DNA from: Octopus sinensis
Lineage: Eukaryota
Length of the DNA stretch: 64,000 nucleotides
Assembly (NCBI RefSeq): GCF_006345805.1
Contig: NC_042998.1
Coordinates: forward strand, 105,896,001 to 105,960,000
Direction: 5' to 3'
Made by a program: the position numbers and the translations under genes. Positions within the stretch are counted from its first letter, which is position 1, and the number at the start of each line of letters is the position of its first letter. Below the pieces are notes generated by a model. The model was not told the DNA's origin, did no database searches, and saw only the letters and a program-made list of their open reading frames with translations. Positions 48,060 to 60,940 of this stretch are shown piece by piece.

Positions 48060-49262
48060 GATACCGTATCTGCTAAAGATAGGAAAACTGATATACATAA
48101 ATACAGTGATATTAACAGCAAGTCTAAATTCCTCGTTTAATGAAGTAAATTTGGTGATAGATTAGAATGCTTAGCTAAATGTGAAACTTTTATTACTCTA
48201 AAAGATCACAAACCCAATTTCAGTAATAAGCCTACTTGTAAACTTTTAAACCCAACAAGGACTGAAACGGGTTTAGTAACTAAAAAAATACTAAGGAAGA
48301 TTCATATCGGAATTAGAGAGACAGCTAACCACAGTGGGATATCAGCACAGTCATAGATTGGTTTAGGAATATAACAGATAAGCATAGAGCTAGATTCCCT
48401 CAATTTGATATTGTTGATTTTTATCCCACAATATCACGATCATTGCTAGATCATTGCAATTGAGTTTACAAAAATGTATGTGGGTATTGACCAAATACAC
48501 CTGGACTTTATCATGCATGTGAGAGAAGCTCTTCTATCTAGTAAGGGTTAGAAAAAAATCAGATTTGCATGGGTTAAAAAATCAGATTCACATGAGTTGC
48601 TTGATGTATTGATGGGATAAGACAGTGCAGATATCTGTGATCCTGTGGGTTTCATTATATTAAATGCACTGAGATTCAAGTTTCCATCCTGTAATGTTGG
48701 TCTATAGAGACAACGAGTTGGAAATAGCTCATGGCTGTGATGGTCATACTCTTGGTAAATTTAAGAAACATCTCGTTCATACCTTTAGTCAATTAGGCTT
48801 CAAAATCACTGCTACTACTAATCTGTCTAAAGTTGATTTTTTAGATATTTCCCTAGATTTAAACTCCCACTTTTATGAGCCATATCATAAGCCAAACGAG
48901 AAGTTCTCATACATGTATAAACAGTCCTAACACCTGCTATACTCTTTAAAAATCTGATAGCTAACATTAGTAATAAGATATCAAATCTATCTTCTAAACA
49001 AATATTTGATAAGGCAGCCCCGTACTATAACAATGCCCTACCTGACAGTGGCTTCAAAGATAAAATATATTACAACACTTTAAGTAAAAATATGAATCAT
49101 AAAATTAGACCAAAAAATAAACCTAGGAAAGCAATTTGGTTTGCCCCTCCTTGCTCCCTTGTTAAGACTGATGGAAGCAAGTAATTCCTGTCTGTTTTAG
49201 ATAAACATTTTCCAATAAATCATAAATATGGGAAAATTTTTAACAGATACTCAATAAAAAAT
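48060..49262 (+). mobile_element. Penelope-like element RT remnant
   Basis: DRLECLAKCETFITLKDHKPNF..PTCKLLNP, QFDIVDFYPTIS, VGLYRDN (YRDD motif), KVDFLDISLDL..YEPYHKPN, IFDKAAPYYNNAL..SGF, IWFAPP, DKHFP..HKYGKIFNR..IK. Confidence 0.93.
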
Positions 49263-49269
49263 ATATAAA

Positions 49270-50345
49270 ATATGTAGGTGATGAAAGTTACAGAGAGGTA
49301 CATATCCCAACTAGTTAAAGAGAGAGTTAGCCTAGATGAGATACAGTTCGGTTTTGTGCCAGGCAGAAGCACCACTGATGCTATATTTCTGGTAAGGCAT
49401 TGCAAGAGAAATACCTAGCCAAAGATAAACCTTTGTACTTGGCTTTTGTTGACTTGGAGAAAGCTTTTGACAGAGTCTCCCAATCCCTTATCTGTTGGTC
49501 AATGCAGACACTGGGGATAGACGAGTGGCTGGTAAGAACTGTACAAGCCCTCTACAGGGATGAGAGTTGGCAATGAGTATAGTGAAGAATTTCAAGTAGA
49601 AGTAGAGTTCACCAAGGATCAGTCCTCAGCCCCCTCTTATTCATTATAGTCCTCCAAGCAATAACAGAGGAATTCAAGACAGGCTGCACCTGGGAGCTCC
49701 TCTATGCTGATGACCTTGCTCTAATAGCCAAATCACTGCCAGAACTAGAGACAAAGTTTATGGTGTGGAAGCATAACCAAAACAAAAGTCTTAGTAAGTA
49801 GGAAGGCTGACAAACCACAATCCCATTCAGGTAGATGGCTCGGCTCAATCTGCAGAAAAGACATGGGTAGAAACTCCATACGATGTACACGCTGTAAGCT
49901 ATGGACACATAAAAGGTGTAGCAATATCAAAAGAAAGTTAACTAGGAAAATAGTTTTTGTGCGTGACAAATGCACAGGAGCAATACATACTGAAGATGTA
50001 CAGAAAACAGATTCTATCACATGCCAGGAGGAGAAGCTAAAAGTAGTTAATAGCTTCTGCTATCTAGGCAACCAAGTTTGTTGTGGGGAAGTTTGCTCTG
50101 AGAGGCGACTGCACTGGTATGGCTATGTGTTAAGTATGAATGAAGACAGCTGTGTGAGGAAGTGCCACTCTCTAATTGTAAAAGCATCCTATGGAAGAGG
50201 TTGACCCAGGAAGATATGGGATGAGTTGGTGAAGCATGACCTTCGAACATTGGGCCTCACAGAGGCAATGACGGGAGACCAGGACCTTTGAAGATACGCT
50301 GTGATTGAGAAGACCCAGCAGCTAAAGTGAGATCACAGCCATGCA
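49270..50345 (+). mobile_element. RTE LINE RT remnant with Cys/His-rich insert and internal deletion
   Basis: QFGFVPGRSTTDAIF, AFVDLEKAFDRV, HQGSVLSPLLF, ELLYADDL, CYLG; it then jumps to RRLHWYG..RKIWDE..LGLTEAM. Confidence 0.94.
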
Positions 50346-50419
50346 CGTTAAGAATACTCCTGATGCATCGGGCAATATATGCTTGAGAATGATGATGATG
50401 ATAAGGAGGAGGAGGATGT

Positions 50420-50461
50420 AGCTAGATAGATAGAGAGAGACAGACAGACAGATATATATAT

Positions 50462-50542
<81 letters not shown>

Positions 50543-50543
50543 C

Positions 50544-50574
<31 letters not shown>

Positions 50575-50576
50575 GC

Positions 50577-50673
<97 letters not shown>

Positions 50674-50695
50674 GTATATATATACATATATATAT
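50420..50695. repeat. (GATA)n/(GACA)n/(GA)n compound microsatellite
   Basis: Direct inspection. Confidence 0.95.
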
Positions 50696-51118
50696 GTATA
50701 TTGTCATACTTGGGAACAGTCATCTTTTGCCAATGAAACACATTTATATGTAGATATATGTGTGTCCATTTGGCTAAGTTTAACTTTGAACTGGAGCTGT
50801 GTTGCTTCATTTATTCCACACTATCACAGATGTAGAGAAAGTATTACCAGATTAATTAGTACATTGTAGTACATTGATATATTGTGTGATTATCTATGAT
50901 GCTGCTATTTATCATAGGAATTCAAATAGAATGTGTAAACGTTTATAATTCTGAGCTAACAGCAGGGAATTGCTATATGTCCAGAAACACCAGAAGAATG
51001 GCTTGATGTTCATAGGAAAGCTTCGCGTAAATATATAAATAAAGATGAAAAGCTTTTATGTTCATAATTAGCACACACCCATAAACACCCACACGTACGC
51101 ACACACATACATACATAC

Positions 51119-51149
<31 letters not shown>

Positions 51150-51996
51150 TGTGTGTGTGTGTGTGTGTGAGTGAATGTGTTTGTATAGTGATGTGTAGTT
51201 TATACTTGATGTTCTTGACTCCATCATTATATTTATAGTGTTTCAATTTTTAACAAATGAATATTTTGTTTTCATTTTACTTGTGCTATCTTTGTCACTC
51301 TGTTTATTGAGTGGTGTTTGTTAATTTTCCTCAGAAGCTTTGAAATTTTACTGATGCTCTTTTAATTTTTTGTTTCAGTGTTTCTCCCCTCGTTACCAAA
51401 GCTATTGATGTACAACAGTTAGGTTAGTTTTAACAAATTTAATGCAGGGCACATCAAAAGCTAACTATAAACAATTATGTAGTAGAGGAAAAAACAATAT
51501 TTGTCAATGACTACTATTGCTTAATATATTTCAACAAGTATGGAAGACAACTCCAGATGTGCTTCAGACTATGGGTTGGTTCAGACTATGTTATTGGTAA
51601 TTAGGTAAGAGATTGTTTTTGTAGACAAGAAAGAATGCACAAATAAATGTGAGTTTCCATACATTTATTATGTTAAATAGTTTATATAGTACATTTGTAC
51701 TAAGTGTATTAATATTATACTGAAGAGCATTTCTGTAAGGAAGTGAGTGATAGTTAAAGATATGATAGATGAATATATGAAACATGAATAACAAAGATGA
51801 AAAATAAAGAAATTAATTATTAGCAACAGAAGCAATATCAATACTAAAAGGCAATCCTTATATCCAACTTAACATGGATGTTTTGTTAGAATGCTGAACA
51901 CTGCACTACTTATCTTGAGAGGGCCTGAAAAGTCACTGAAATTCCACATATTGTTAACAGTGACAATATATACTCTGGTACATGATGAGCAGACAG

Positions 51997-52042
51997 CTGT
52001 CACTGAAGAGACACAGTATGTTGAAACCACATGATCTGGCAG
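51997..52042 (+). ncRNA. Decayed minimal type I hammerhead-like motif
   Basis: Stem I CTGTCA/TGGCAG, CTGAAGA, stem II GAC/GTT, GAAA, CCACATGA-TC (two transitions from palindromic CCACGTGG-TC). Confidence 0.5.
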
Positions 52043-53461
52043 ATTCTCATCTGCCAACAATATATATATATGTACTTTTATGCATTGTGCATCTACATAA
52101 GCGGTTTTCCCAAGAAGAAAACCACAGTATTTGGCATTCTAACAAAATATCCACATTAAGTTAGATATAAGAGAATGTTCTAGTTAAATCTATTGTTACA
52201 TGATTCTATGCATTACATAATACAGAAATTAAAGCCTATAATTAAAAAGAATGAAGTATGTATGTATATTGACATTAAAACACAAGGATAATTTACCTTT
52301 GTCAAACATATTTTTAGTTTATTTTATTATAAAGACAAGTAGAAAGAAATGAGAGCACATCTCACAAAACAAAATGACATGGCTTTATATGAAATCTGAA
52401 TTGGATCAATTGAATAAATCAACAGCTTTTATAACCCTGGGAAAGTCATTTTAGAACCTTCAAGATATAATTTGTTGAGAAACATACATGACTTTTCTTT
52501 TGAGTTAATTGATACAAGCTGATTAGTGATAAACAATTACATAAACATTCCATTCTCTAAAGAAGCTGGCAAGGCTTAAGTAGTAACATGATTAACCTGA
52601 GGCTCTTAGCTGAAAAATCCAAGATGAAATCTGATAGTAGGTCTCTGCCTCAAGTTGAAGCAGAAAGGTCAACAGCAAAACCTCATCGACAAAGCATAGA
52701 TATCATAATACTTGCTGAAGTGGTGATAAAAGAATCATTGAATAAATGTATCTGAATGAACATTGATCCTTGTGGAATAGATAAGTCAGAGATGTCAACC
52801 ACAGAAAACAACAGATAGATTAGAGTTAACATATCATGTGCAAGAATTAGAAAAGTAACCATAATTCATTGCAAGTATTTGTCACTCTTAGGGGGTGATA
52901 GACCCTATCAACTGGTTTATCACCATCACCTAGCCCTAGTTGCAAGTATTAGGCTCAAGACATCAGGATAAATGCAACCAACCAGTCTCAAAGATCATGG
53001 AAATTGTCATGAAAGCTGTCCATCTTCTTGTGATTAAGGTGTTAATTTTTTTCTTTAAATCAGCACCTAGTTTTCTGTTGATATTTCCTGATCTAATTCA
53101 TTAATATTTCTTTTTGTGGACCTCTACAATCTGCTTGCTTGGTGCTCATATATAGTTCTCATTTATTCTGGTGATGATGATAATGATGAGATTTGAATCA
53201 GCGTCAAATCTTTCCTTGAACAGTAATTTTTCCTATAAACCCATTGAATTACACATCAGTATAACAGAGTGGTTACTACTCACAATAAATTATGATACCC
53301 CACTTCAATTAATTACAGCTAGGTGAACAAATCTGAAGAAACAAAAATTTTCACAAACTGCAATCATCACCACTGTCATCATCGTCATCGCCGTCCTCAT
53401 CCTTATCCTTCTACTCCTCCTCCTCTTCATCATCATCATCTTCACCACCACCACCACCACC

Positions 53462-53640
53462 ACTGGGTTTGACAGTTCAGCATGAACCAAAGAACCAGAA
53501 GGCTGCACCAAATTCTATTGTTTGCAATGGCATGGTTTCTATAGCCTGATTGCCCTTCCTAACACCAGCCACTTCACAGAATGTACTGGGTACCTTTTAC
53601 ATCCCCAGCACTGGTGAGGTCACCAAGAACCCACAAGACA
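53462..53640 (-). mobile_element. RTE 3' UTR fragment, diverged
   Basis: gaaggctgcacca..gcccttcctaacacc. Confidence 0.65.
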
Positions 53641-53804
53641 GGGATCCTCCAGTAAGTTGAGTATAGAAATGAGGCATAATAAACTAAGATAGAGGGACAG
53701 GAACAGTATCTTACTGAAGGGGTCAGTACATGCCATGCCCATATGGAAAGAAAAAGAGAAAAAGATGAGGTTAAAGTAAAAGGTGACTATGAGAGACAAA
53801 ACAG

Positions 53805-54482
53805 AATAGAGGAGGTATGCTGCAAATAAGAAGACCCAGCAAATAAAGTGAGTCCACAGCTGTAACCTACACCAGTGTCACATGATGAGCCCACTCAAAA
53901 GTACCTTGGATCGGAGGGTGACATGCCATACTTGAGGAGGCCTATTGAGTCAAGTATGTCAATATCAGCAATATCAAAATCAAATCAAATGGAATTTGTA
54001 GTTGTGAGCCTCTTGCTGGTAGCACGTAAAAAGCACCATCCAAACATAGCTGATGCCAGTGCCACCTTGACTGGCTTCCATGCTGGTGGCACGTAAAAAG
54101 CACCATCTGAACATGGCTGATACTGAGTCAAGTACATCAACATCAGCAATATCAAAATCAAATCAAATGGAAATTGTAGTTGTGAGCCCCATGCCAGTAG
54201 CACGTATAAAGCAACATCCAAACATGGTTGATGCCAGTGCCGCCTTGACTGGCTTCCATGCCGGTGGCACATAAAAAGTGCCATCTGATTGTGGTCGATG
54301 CCAGCTTCTCTGGCCCCTTGTGCTGGTGGCATGTAAAAAGCACCCACTACACTCTCAGAGTGGTTGGCGTTAGGAAGGGCATCCAGCTGTAGAAACTTTG
54401 CCAGGTCAGATTGGGGCCTGGTGCAGCCTCCTGGCTTCCCAGACCCCAGTCAAACCGTCCAACTCATACCAGCATGATGATG
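53805..54482 (+). mobile_element. RTE LINE 3' UTR with internal 178-bp tandem duplication
   Basis: aagaagacccagc..; tgagtcaagta at 53946 and 54124; terminal gaagggcatccagctgtagaaac..gatgatga. Confidence 0.85.
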
Positions 54483-54519
54483 AAGAGGAGAAAAGGTGAG
54501 TGTGTAGGTAAGTGTACTG

Positions 54520-54524
54520 AGTGA

Positions 54525-54575
<51 letters not shown>

Positions 54576-54822
54576 AATTATTGTATACAGTGCTCAGGTG
54601 CACCACAACTTATCAAAAGTGCATATAAAGAATATGCAGTAATGTAAAAATATCTGGAAAGTGAACAGTGTATGAGTCAGATACATGCTTGCATGTGTAT
54701 GAAGGGGAAAAAATCAGGTGTAGTGTTGGCGAATCTCAGGAAGCATGGAAGTTTTGAAGGATGCAGTGATCCGACAACTAACAACTGATGCCGGCAGTTT
54801 CTTCTATACTTCAGCAACTCTT
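54520..54822 (-). mobile_element. CR1-type LINE 3' end with (ATT)n tail
   Basis: Reverse complement closely matches 28340-28625. Confidence 0.9.
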
Positions 54823-55208
54823 CAGATGATTAGAGATAACTTAAACTGCTTCACAAATAACCAGTATTAAGAACTCTATATGTATTTCAGTTCATGTATT
54901 GCAATTTTATCCTTTGCAGATATTGAAATTTCAACATGATAGATTGTTTGTAAGATAGTTATATGCCATCTAATGTAATTCTATTAACAAAAGGTGATTA
55001 TTAGTTACATAATGTTAATTACATAATTAACACTTACTGTCAAATTGTTTGAGACATGAAACTATTATATGACAATTTGAGAGTAAGTGTTGGGTATGTA
55101 ATTTGCATTATGTGACCAATAATCACCTTCTGTTAATGAAACATATGTAAGACAGCATAATTAAATACCTAAATATCTCACATGCAATCACTCCTGTATT
55201 GTTATATA

Positions 55209-55254
<46 letters not shown>

Positions 55255-55620
55255 GGCCAGTTTCCAAAAATTTCTTCAAAAGAATTTTTTGTTTATGGGG
55301 ATATGTTATCTAAGTGGCCACCAGTTATGTGCTTCTATCGATTGATAATTCTGGTTATCGTTTGTGTGCCTCAGTACCAATGTTTATGGTTGGTTGGTTG
55401 GTTGGTACATTCTTAGTACTTTACACTTCTGAAAATCCAGTTGTTCCTATAGAGACTTCTTTTTGATATAGGAGAAATAATTAATAGTTTAAAGAAAACA
55501 GAGAATACACATAGAATATTCACTTTTTAATCATTGTTTAGTCATATTAAGATCTTTTTTTTTTTTGCCTACGTGATGTTTCACCCATTTGTTAGTGTCT
55601 ATCTTGTACTTTAAAGTGCA

Positions 55621-56681
55621 CTAGCAGTATAACCCCGCCTTGCCCGGGATTAAGTTACAATTATTAAGCTAATCAAGTTCTTTATTTCAAACCAAACTAA
55701 GTAATATCGACGTCAAATCTGGGCGAAATCCGTTAAAATTGGTTATATTATATATATATATAATATAATATAATATAATATATGGGCAACAGACACGAAC
55801 ACACACGTACGTACGTACACCTATTGCATGTTTTGTGCATGCATACATGTTCATAAACAGAAATGAATAGAAAAAAATGTTGTTAAATTTGTAGATTAAC
55901 ACTTGCACGAATTTCACTAAGAAAAAAAATGTTTTTTTTTTGCATGGAATCAACTACTCTGGCCTCCTAATATGCTACAAAACCCTTTTTGTGGTCCATG
56001 AAATAGAGTGGAGTGTGGTGGAAGCCTCGCAAATTGTACCCATTTATATTGTGTAATTCACTGACAAACTGTTACCCACCTCTTTGCTTCTTTGTTGTTA
56101 AATAAATGCATTCTCAACAAAACTCTTTCATACCCAAAGTAATGTGTGTGTGAGAGAGAGGGGGAAAAAGATGAAGGATTTAAAATAAATAAATGATTTT
56201 AAATAAATATATTGTAATTGTTGTGTGAGAAAGTATATATACTATGATTATAAAATATAGTTTCTTTCAAAAATATCCTGAATTTGAACACTATATCTCA
56301 TGTTTAAGAAAAAACAAAACATTATACATTTTATTTTTTATGAACGTCGTCACTTACTCTCTCTCTCGCTCACTTTGTCTTTCCCTTTTTTTTGTTTAGA
56401 CACTGGGAAACTCTCTGCCTCTCTTCAAATTTTCTTTATCTTGTTTCTTTTTGTTAGACGCCGTCAAAAAGCTACGGCTAAAAATAGATTTTTACCATTA
56501 AAAGCTATGGCTAAAAATAGATTTTTATCACTATCCGTGGGTGCCTTGGGAAAAAAATAAGTTGACAAAACCCAGATAAAATTTGAGCAACATGCATGCT
56601 AATTTGTGGATGTGCATAAACTACAATCACGTACGCACACACATATCTTGCCTTATATATATATATATATATATATACAGA
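55621..56681 (-). mobile_element. Non-autonomous Helitron, copy 2
   Basis: 5' TC, 3' hairpin cccgggcaaggcggg then CTAG, AT target. Termini are homologous to 19659-20259. Confidence 0.85.
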
Positions 56682-56701
56682 TTATGATAAACAAAATATA
56701 T

Positions 56702-56769
<68 letters not shown>

Positions 56770-56812
56770 CGTTATTATTATTAATATTATTATTATTATT
56801 ATTATTATTATT

Positions 56813-57370
56813 GAGTGAGAGAGCAGTGCATGCCATCAAAGTGACACTGGGGTACAAATATACGACGCCCAGTATACCCATCATGACTACCCGTCTGATA
56901 AGGGTACACTAGGCATCTGCATCACAACCATATTTCTGCAACATGGTGATCTCATATCAAGATAAACAGCACATAACCTTGCAGGTGGGGCCCACTTAGA
57001 ATTTTCTTCTGGTCGAGTAACCCATCCAGCTCAAAAGGTCCCTGTATAAGGATTGTATAAGGATGTTGAATGAAACACCCATGTTTCCAGAGGTGAATTA
57101 TTCAAACCCCAAAGAATCCCTCTCAACACATGGCTATGATGATCCCCCACTACTTCTGCTCATGATCAGAGATACACATATCATCAGCCACTAAGGGACA
57201 TACTCAACTGGTTAAGGTCAAACAACTGACAAGCAAATCTGTGGTATTGAGCAGAATATTTGCTGTAGCCCATCTTTTATACCAAGACAGAACAATGTAC
57301 ATGATAAAACTTCCAATCAGTTAAGATCAGAAGCCATGAGAGCCACTCTTTTGTACTGCATCAGGGCATT
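56813..57370 (-). mobile_element. Element B, third (diverged) copy
   Basis: Collinear with 8768-9315 end to end; (AAT)n on both sides. Confidence 0.82.
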
Positions 57371-57405
57371 TATTAATAATGATATTATTATCATTATCAT
57401 TATTA

Positions 57406-57440
<35 letters not shown>

Positions 57441-58875
57441 TACATTTAATCTGCATGTTTTTTATAATCACTTCTTGAGACACACCCAGCATCCTAGGGT
57501 GAGTGAAGGAAAAGAGATTGTTACAGTATAACTGAAAGCCTGGGGAGGTGAAGTGCCAGGGACAGTAACGAAATATCTTCATGTAATACAACACAGACAT
57601 TTAAATTGATAGGGTTTTTCTTGTCAGCACAATCTTTTGGATTTCTTGGAGACATGGTTCTCCTGGGATGTTATCTCGATGTTTCTGACATCCCTTTTTT
57701 TATCATACCTAGGGTACCTACAATAAGAGTAACCGTTCTCACTTTAAGATGCCGCATTTTTTGTATTTCAATTTGCAGGTCTTTATATTTAATTAATTTG
57801 TCAAATTCCTTTACAGATATATTTTTATTTGTGGGAACACTTACATTTATTAGTCTACAAGTATTTTCTTCCCTGTCTTTAATGACTATGTCTGGTCGAT
57901 TAGCCTGGATCCTTCTGTCAGTGTTGACTGGAAAATTCCAGAGGATAGTGACATTTTTATCATCAACAACTGGCTCAAGATGATGTTCATACCACTAAAC
58001 AGGAGTGCTGATTTTGTAGTGTTTACATATTTGCCAATGTAAATACTGTCCTACCCTATCATGACGATTTTTGTATTCGTTTGGTGTCAGCACAGGACAT
58101 CTCGAGACGAGATGGTCTATTGTTTCATCAAATGTGTTGCAGAATCTGTATTAGGGTTAGAACTGTTTTGAAGAATGTTAGCCTGGTAGTTTCTGGAAAG
58201 CAAGCTTTGATCTTGTGCTGCCAACATGAAACTTCCAGTCTCTTCTTTCAGTCCTGAACTTCTCAACCACTGATGGGTTGTTGCTTGGTCTACATCAGTA
58301 TTTTGACTTTGAAGTATATACTGTCCATGCAGAAGCTACTGGCTCCACCACTCTTCAATTTGTTTCTGCCTATTCCTTTTTTGCAGTCAGCTTGATATGT
58401 TTTGTTTGTTTGTTTGGTGGCAGTGGTTTCAGGTTCTTCATCTAAATCAGGGTTAATGCCAAGTTCCCTTGTAAATTTGCAAGTTTCCTTAACAATAGAA
58501 TGTGATTTTTTGCTGCTTTCATGTTTGCACACAACATCCAGTGCTCTGTACTAGATACGTACCTGTTCATTGCTATTGTGGAAGTCTTATAACACAGTTC
58601 TACCTGCATCATTCCTCTTCCCCCATTACTTCTAGGCAGGTTCGAAAGATCAGCTTCTGCTTTTGGGTGATGCATGTTCTTAGAAGTTAGTATTTTTCTT
58701 GTTTTCCTGTCCAGGTGCTGGAGCTCTATAAGATTCCAGTTAATGATGTTAAAACTGTACTGGACTACTGGAAGTACCAGAGTGTTAATGGCTTCAATGC
58801 AATTTTTGGAGTTGAGTTCAGTTTTTAGTACAAATCTTAGTCCCCTGTAATACTCCTTTCTTATTTTTTTCCTTC
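57441..58875 (-). mobile_element. R4/Dong-clade LINE, 5'-truncated, inserted in (TAA)n
   Basis: HHPKAE..LPRSNGGRG, AAQDQSL..NYQ, CCHC-region (C..FDETIDHLVSRC), RHDRVG, NRPDIVIKD, K..KYKDLQIEI (restriction-like endonuclease). The 3' UTR ends in (TAA)n. Confidence 0.93.
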
Positions 58876-58984
58876 ATAGTAGCATTATTATCATTATTAT
58901 GATTATGATTATTATCATTATCATTATTATCATTATCATCATCATAATCATCATCGTCATCATCATCATTATCATTATTATTAC

Positions 58985-59037
<53 letters not shown>

Positions 59038-59099
59038 TTTTTATTATTATTATCATTATTATTATTATTATCATCATTATATTATTATTATTATTATTA

Positions 59100-59140
<41 letters not shown>
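58876..59140. repeat. (ATT)/(ATC)n microsatellite
   Basis: Direct inspection. Confidence 0.96.
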
Positions 59141-59143
<3 letters not shown>

Positions 59144-59204
59144 GGACCGAGATGTAGTATATTGCTGTACTCAGAAAACCCTCCCACAACAAAAGAATTG
59201 ATAT

Positions 59205-59410
59205 CCTAAAACCAAAATGCAATGTAAAAAGCATTGGTATCAGTGCTAGTACCATGTAAAAAGTACCCAGTACACTCTGTAAAATGGTTGGCATTACGAA
59301 GAGCATCCCGCTGTAGAAACCAAGACAAAATAGACTATGAAAACTGGTGCAGCCCAGTCCTTGTTAGTTCCCTTCATGCCAGCATGGGAAATGGATATTA
59401 AATGATGATA
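59205..59410 (+). mobile_element. RTE 3' UTR fragment, diverged
   Basis: catgtaaaaagtaccc..gcatcccgctgtagaaac..catgccagcatggg..atgatgat. Confidence 0.7.
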
Positions 59411-59424
59411 TACACAAGCACATG

Positions 59425-59820
59425 CATGGCTGTGTGGTAAGAAGCTTGTTTCCTAATCACATGGTTCCGGGTTCAGTCCCACTGCGTGGTACCTTGGGCA
59501 AGTGTCTCCTACTATAGCTTTGGGCTGACCAAAGCCTTGTGAGTGGATTTGGTAGATGGAAGCTGAAAGAGGCTCATCATACATATGTGTGTGTGTGTGT
59601 GTGTGTATTTGTCTTTCTGTGTTTGTCCCCCTACAATCACGTGACAACTCATGTTGGTGTGTTAATATCCCTATAGCTTAGTGGATCAGCAAAAGAGACT
59701 GATAGACTAAGTACTAGGCTTACAGAGAATAAGTCTTGGGGTCGAATTGTTTGACTAAAGGCTGTGCTCCAGCATGGCCACAGTCAAATGACTGAAACAT
59801 GTAAAAGAATAAAAGAACAT
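59425..59820 (+). mobile_element. SINE-A, full length
   Basis: Head to tail alignment with other copies. Confidence 0.9.
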
Positions 59821-59826
59821 ATATAT

Positions 59827-59861
<35 letters not shown>

Positions 59862-60112
59862 AATATATATATCATATATATATATATATGAAGATATACA
59901 ATATATGCATGTATTTGTATGTGCACACATGCATGTGTATCTATACTTGTATGTATGTGTATGTATGTATATGCGTATCTGTATATATACAACAGACTTC
60001 CACATAGTTTCTGTCTACCAATTCTACTCATATAACAATGGCACACAGAGTGGTTCAATGTTTCATGCAATTCTTTTTCTTTCATGAGAAACTCACTTGT
60101 ACCTATACAAGG

Positions 60113-60428
60113 GCTATAATTTAGCCCTAGGAGACATCGTCTCCAGCTGGCTATACAACACAATCTGTGTCCTTATATTTTTTTAAAATAGTAATTTTCT
60201 AATTTATAAACCAGTGACTAGTTGTCACTTTGAAAATTCTATATTTCAAACAGGAATTTGGCAGCATCACCTCTAACTGAGCAATTATTCTGTGCTGATG
60301 AAGAGAAATAATCCAGAAATCGCGATACACAGATATTGTTTTGAGCTGAGTGGGGGTGCTAGATTCCCTTGTTCTAAAATATAAGGACAAAGACCGTGTC
60401 ATATAGCCAGCTGGGGCTAAATTACAGC
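60113..60428. mobile_element. Fold-back element enclosing a hammerhead-like motif
   Basis: Arms 60113-60182 (with a 15-nt insert) and 60376-60428 share gctRtaatttagccccagctggctat..tgtccttatatttt. Confidence 0.65.
60289..60333 (+). ncRNA. Minimal type I hammerhead-like motif with weak stem II
   Basis: Stem I TCTGTG/CACAGA, CTGATGA, GAAA 60316-60319, palindromic ATCGCGAT stem III, AUA site. Stem II is poorly paired. Confidence 0.55.
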
Positions 60429-60629
60429 AACATTAGTCCTAAACCAGGACTGCCATGTTATGTTGGCAAACAATCTTTACTACTAACTTATACCTCTTTG
60501 TAATTGTTGTTTGCTAATGCAAACTATCACCACAATTTACAAAATCAGCTACTTTACAAGACTGTAAAAAGCTAAGTATATTAATAAAGGACACCTCTCT
60601 CTGCCAGTACCAAGTAAAAAGTAACACTA

Positions 60630-60940
60630 CCAATACCACATATAAAGCACCTGTGCTGGTGCCACATACAAAGCACTCATGCTTGTACTGTGTAAAATGC
60701 ACCTAAGCTAGTGCAATGTACACAGCACTCATGCCAGCATCAGGTATAAAGTACCTGTGGTGGTGCCACATAGAAAGCATTCTGTACACTCTGGTTGGCT
60801 CTAGGAAGGGCATCTAACCATAGAAACCATGCCAAAACAGATAATTGGGGCTTGGTGCAGCTCACCAGCTGGCCACCTCCTGTCAAACTGTCCAACCCAT
60901 GCCAACATGGAAAACAGACGTTAATGATGATGATGAGGAG
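60630..60940 (+). mobile_element. RTE 3' UTR fragment with degenerate modules
   Basis: Repeated aaagcacc..gctggtgcc units, then aggaagggcatc..catgccaacatggaaaacagacgtt(gat)n. Confidence 0.78.
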
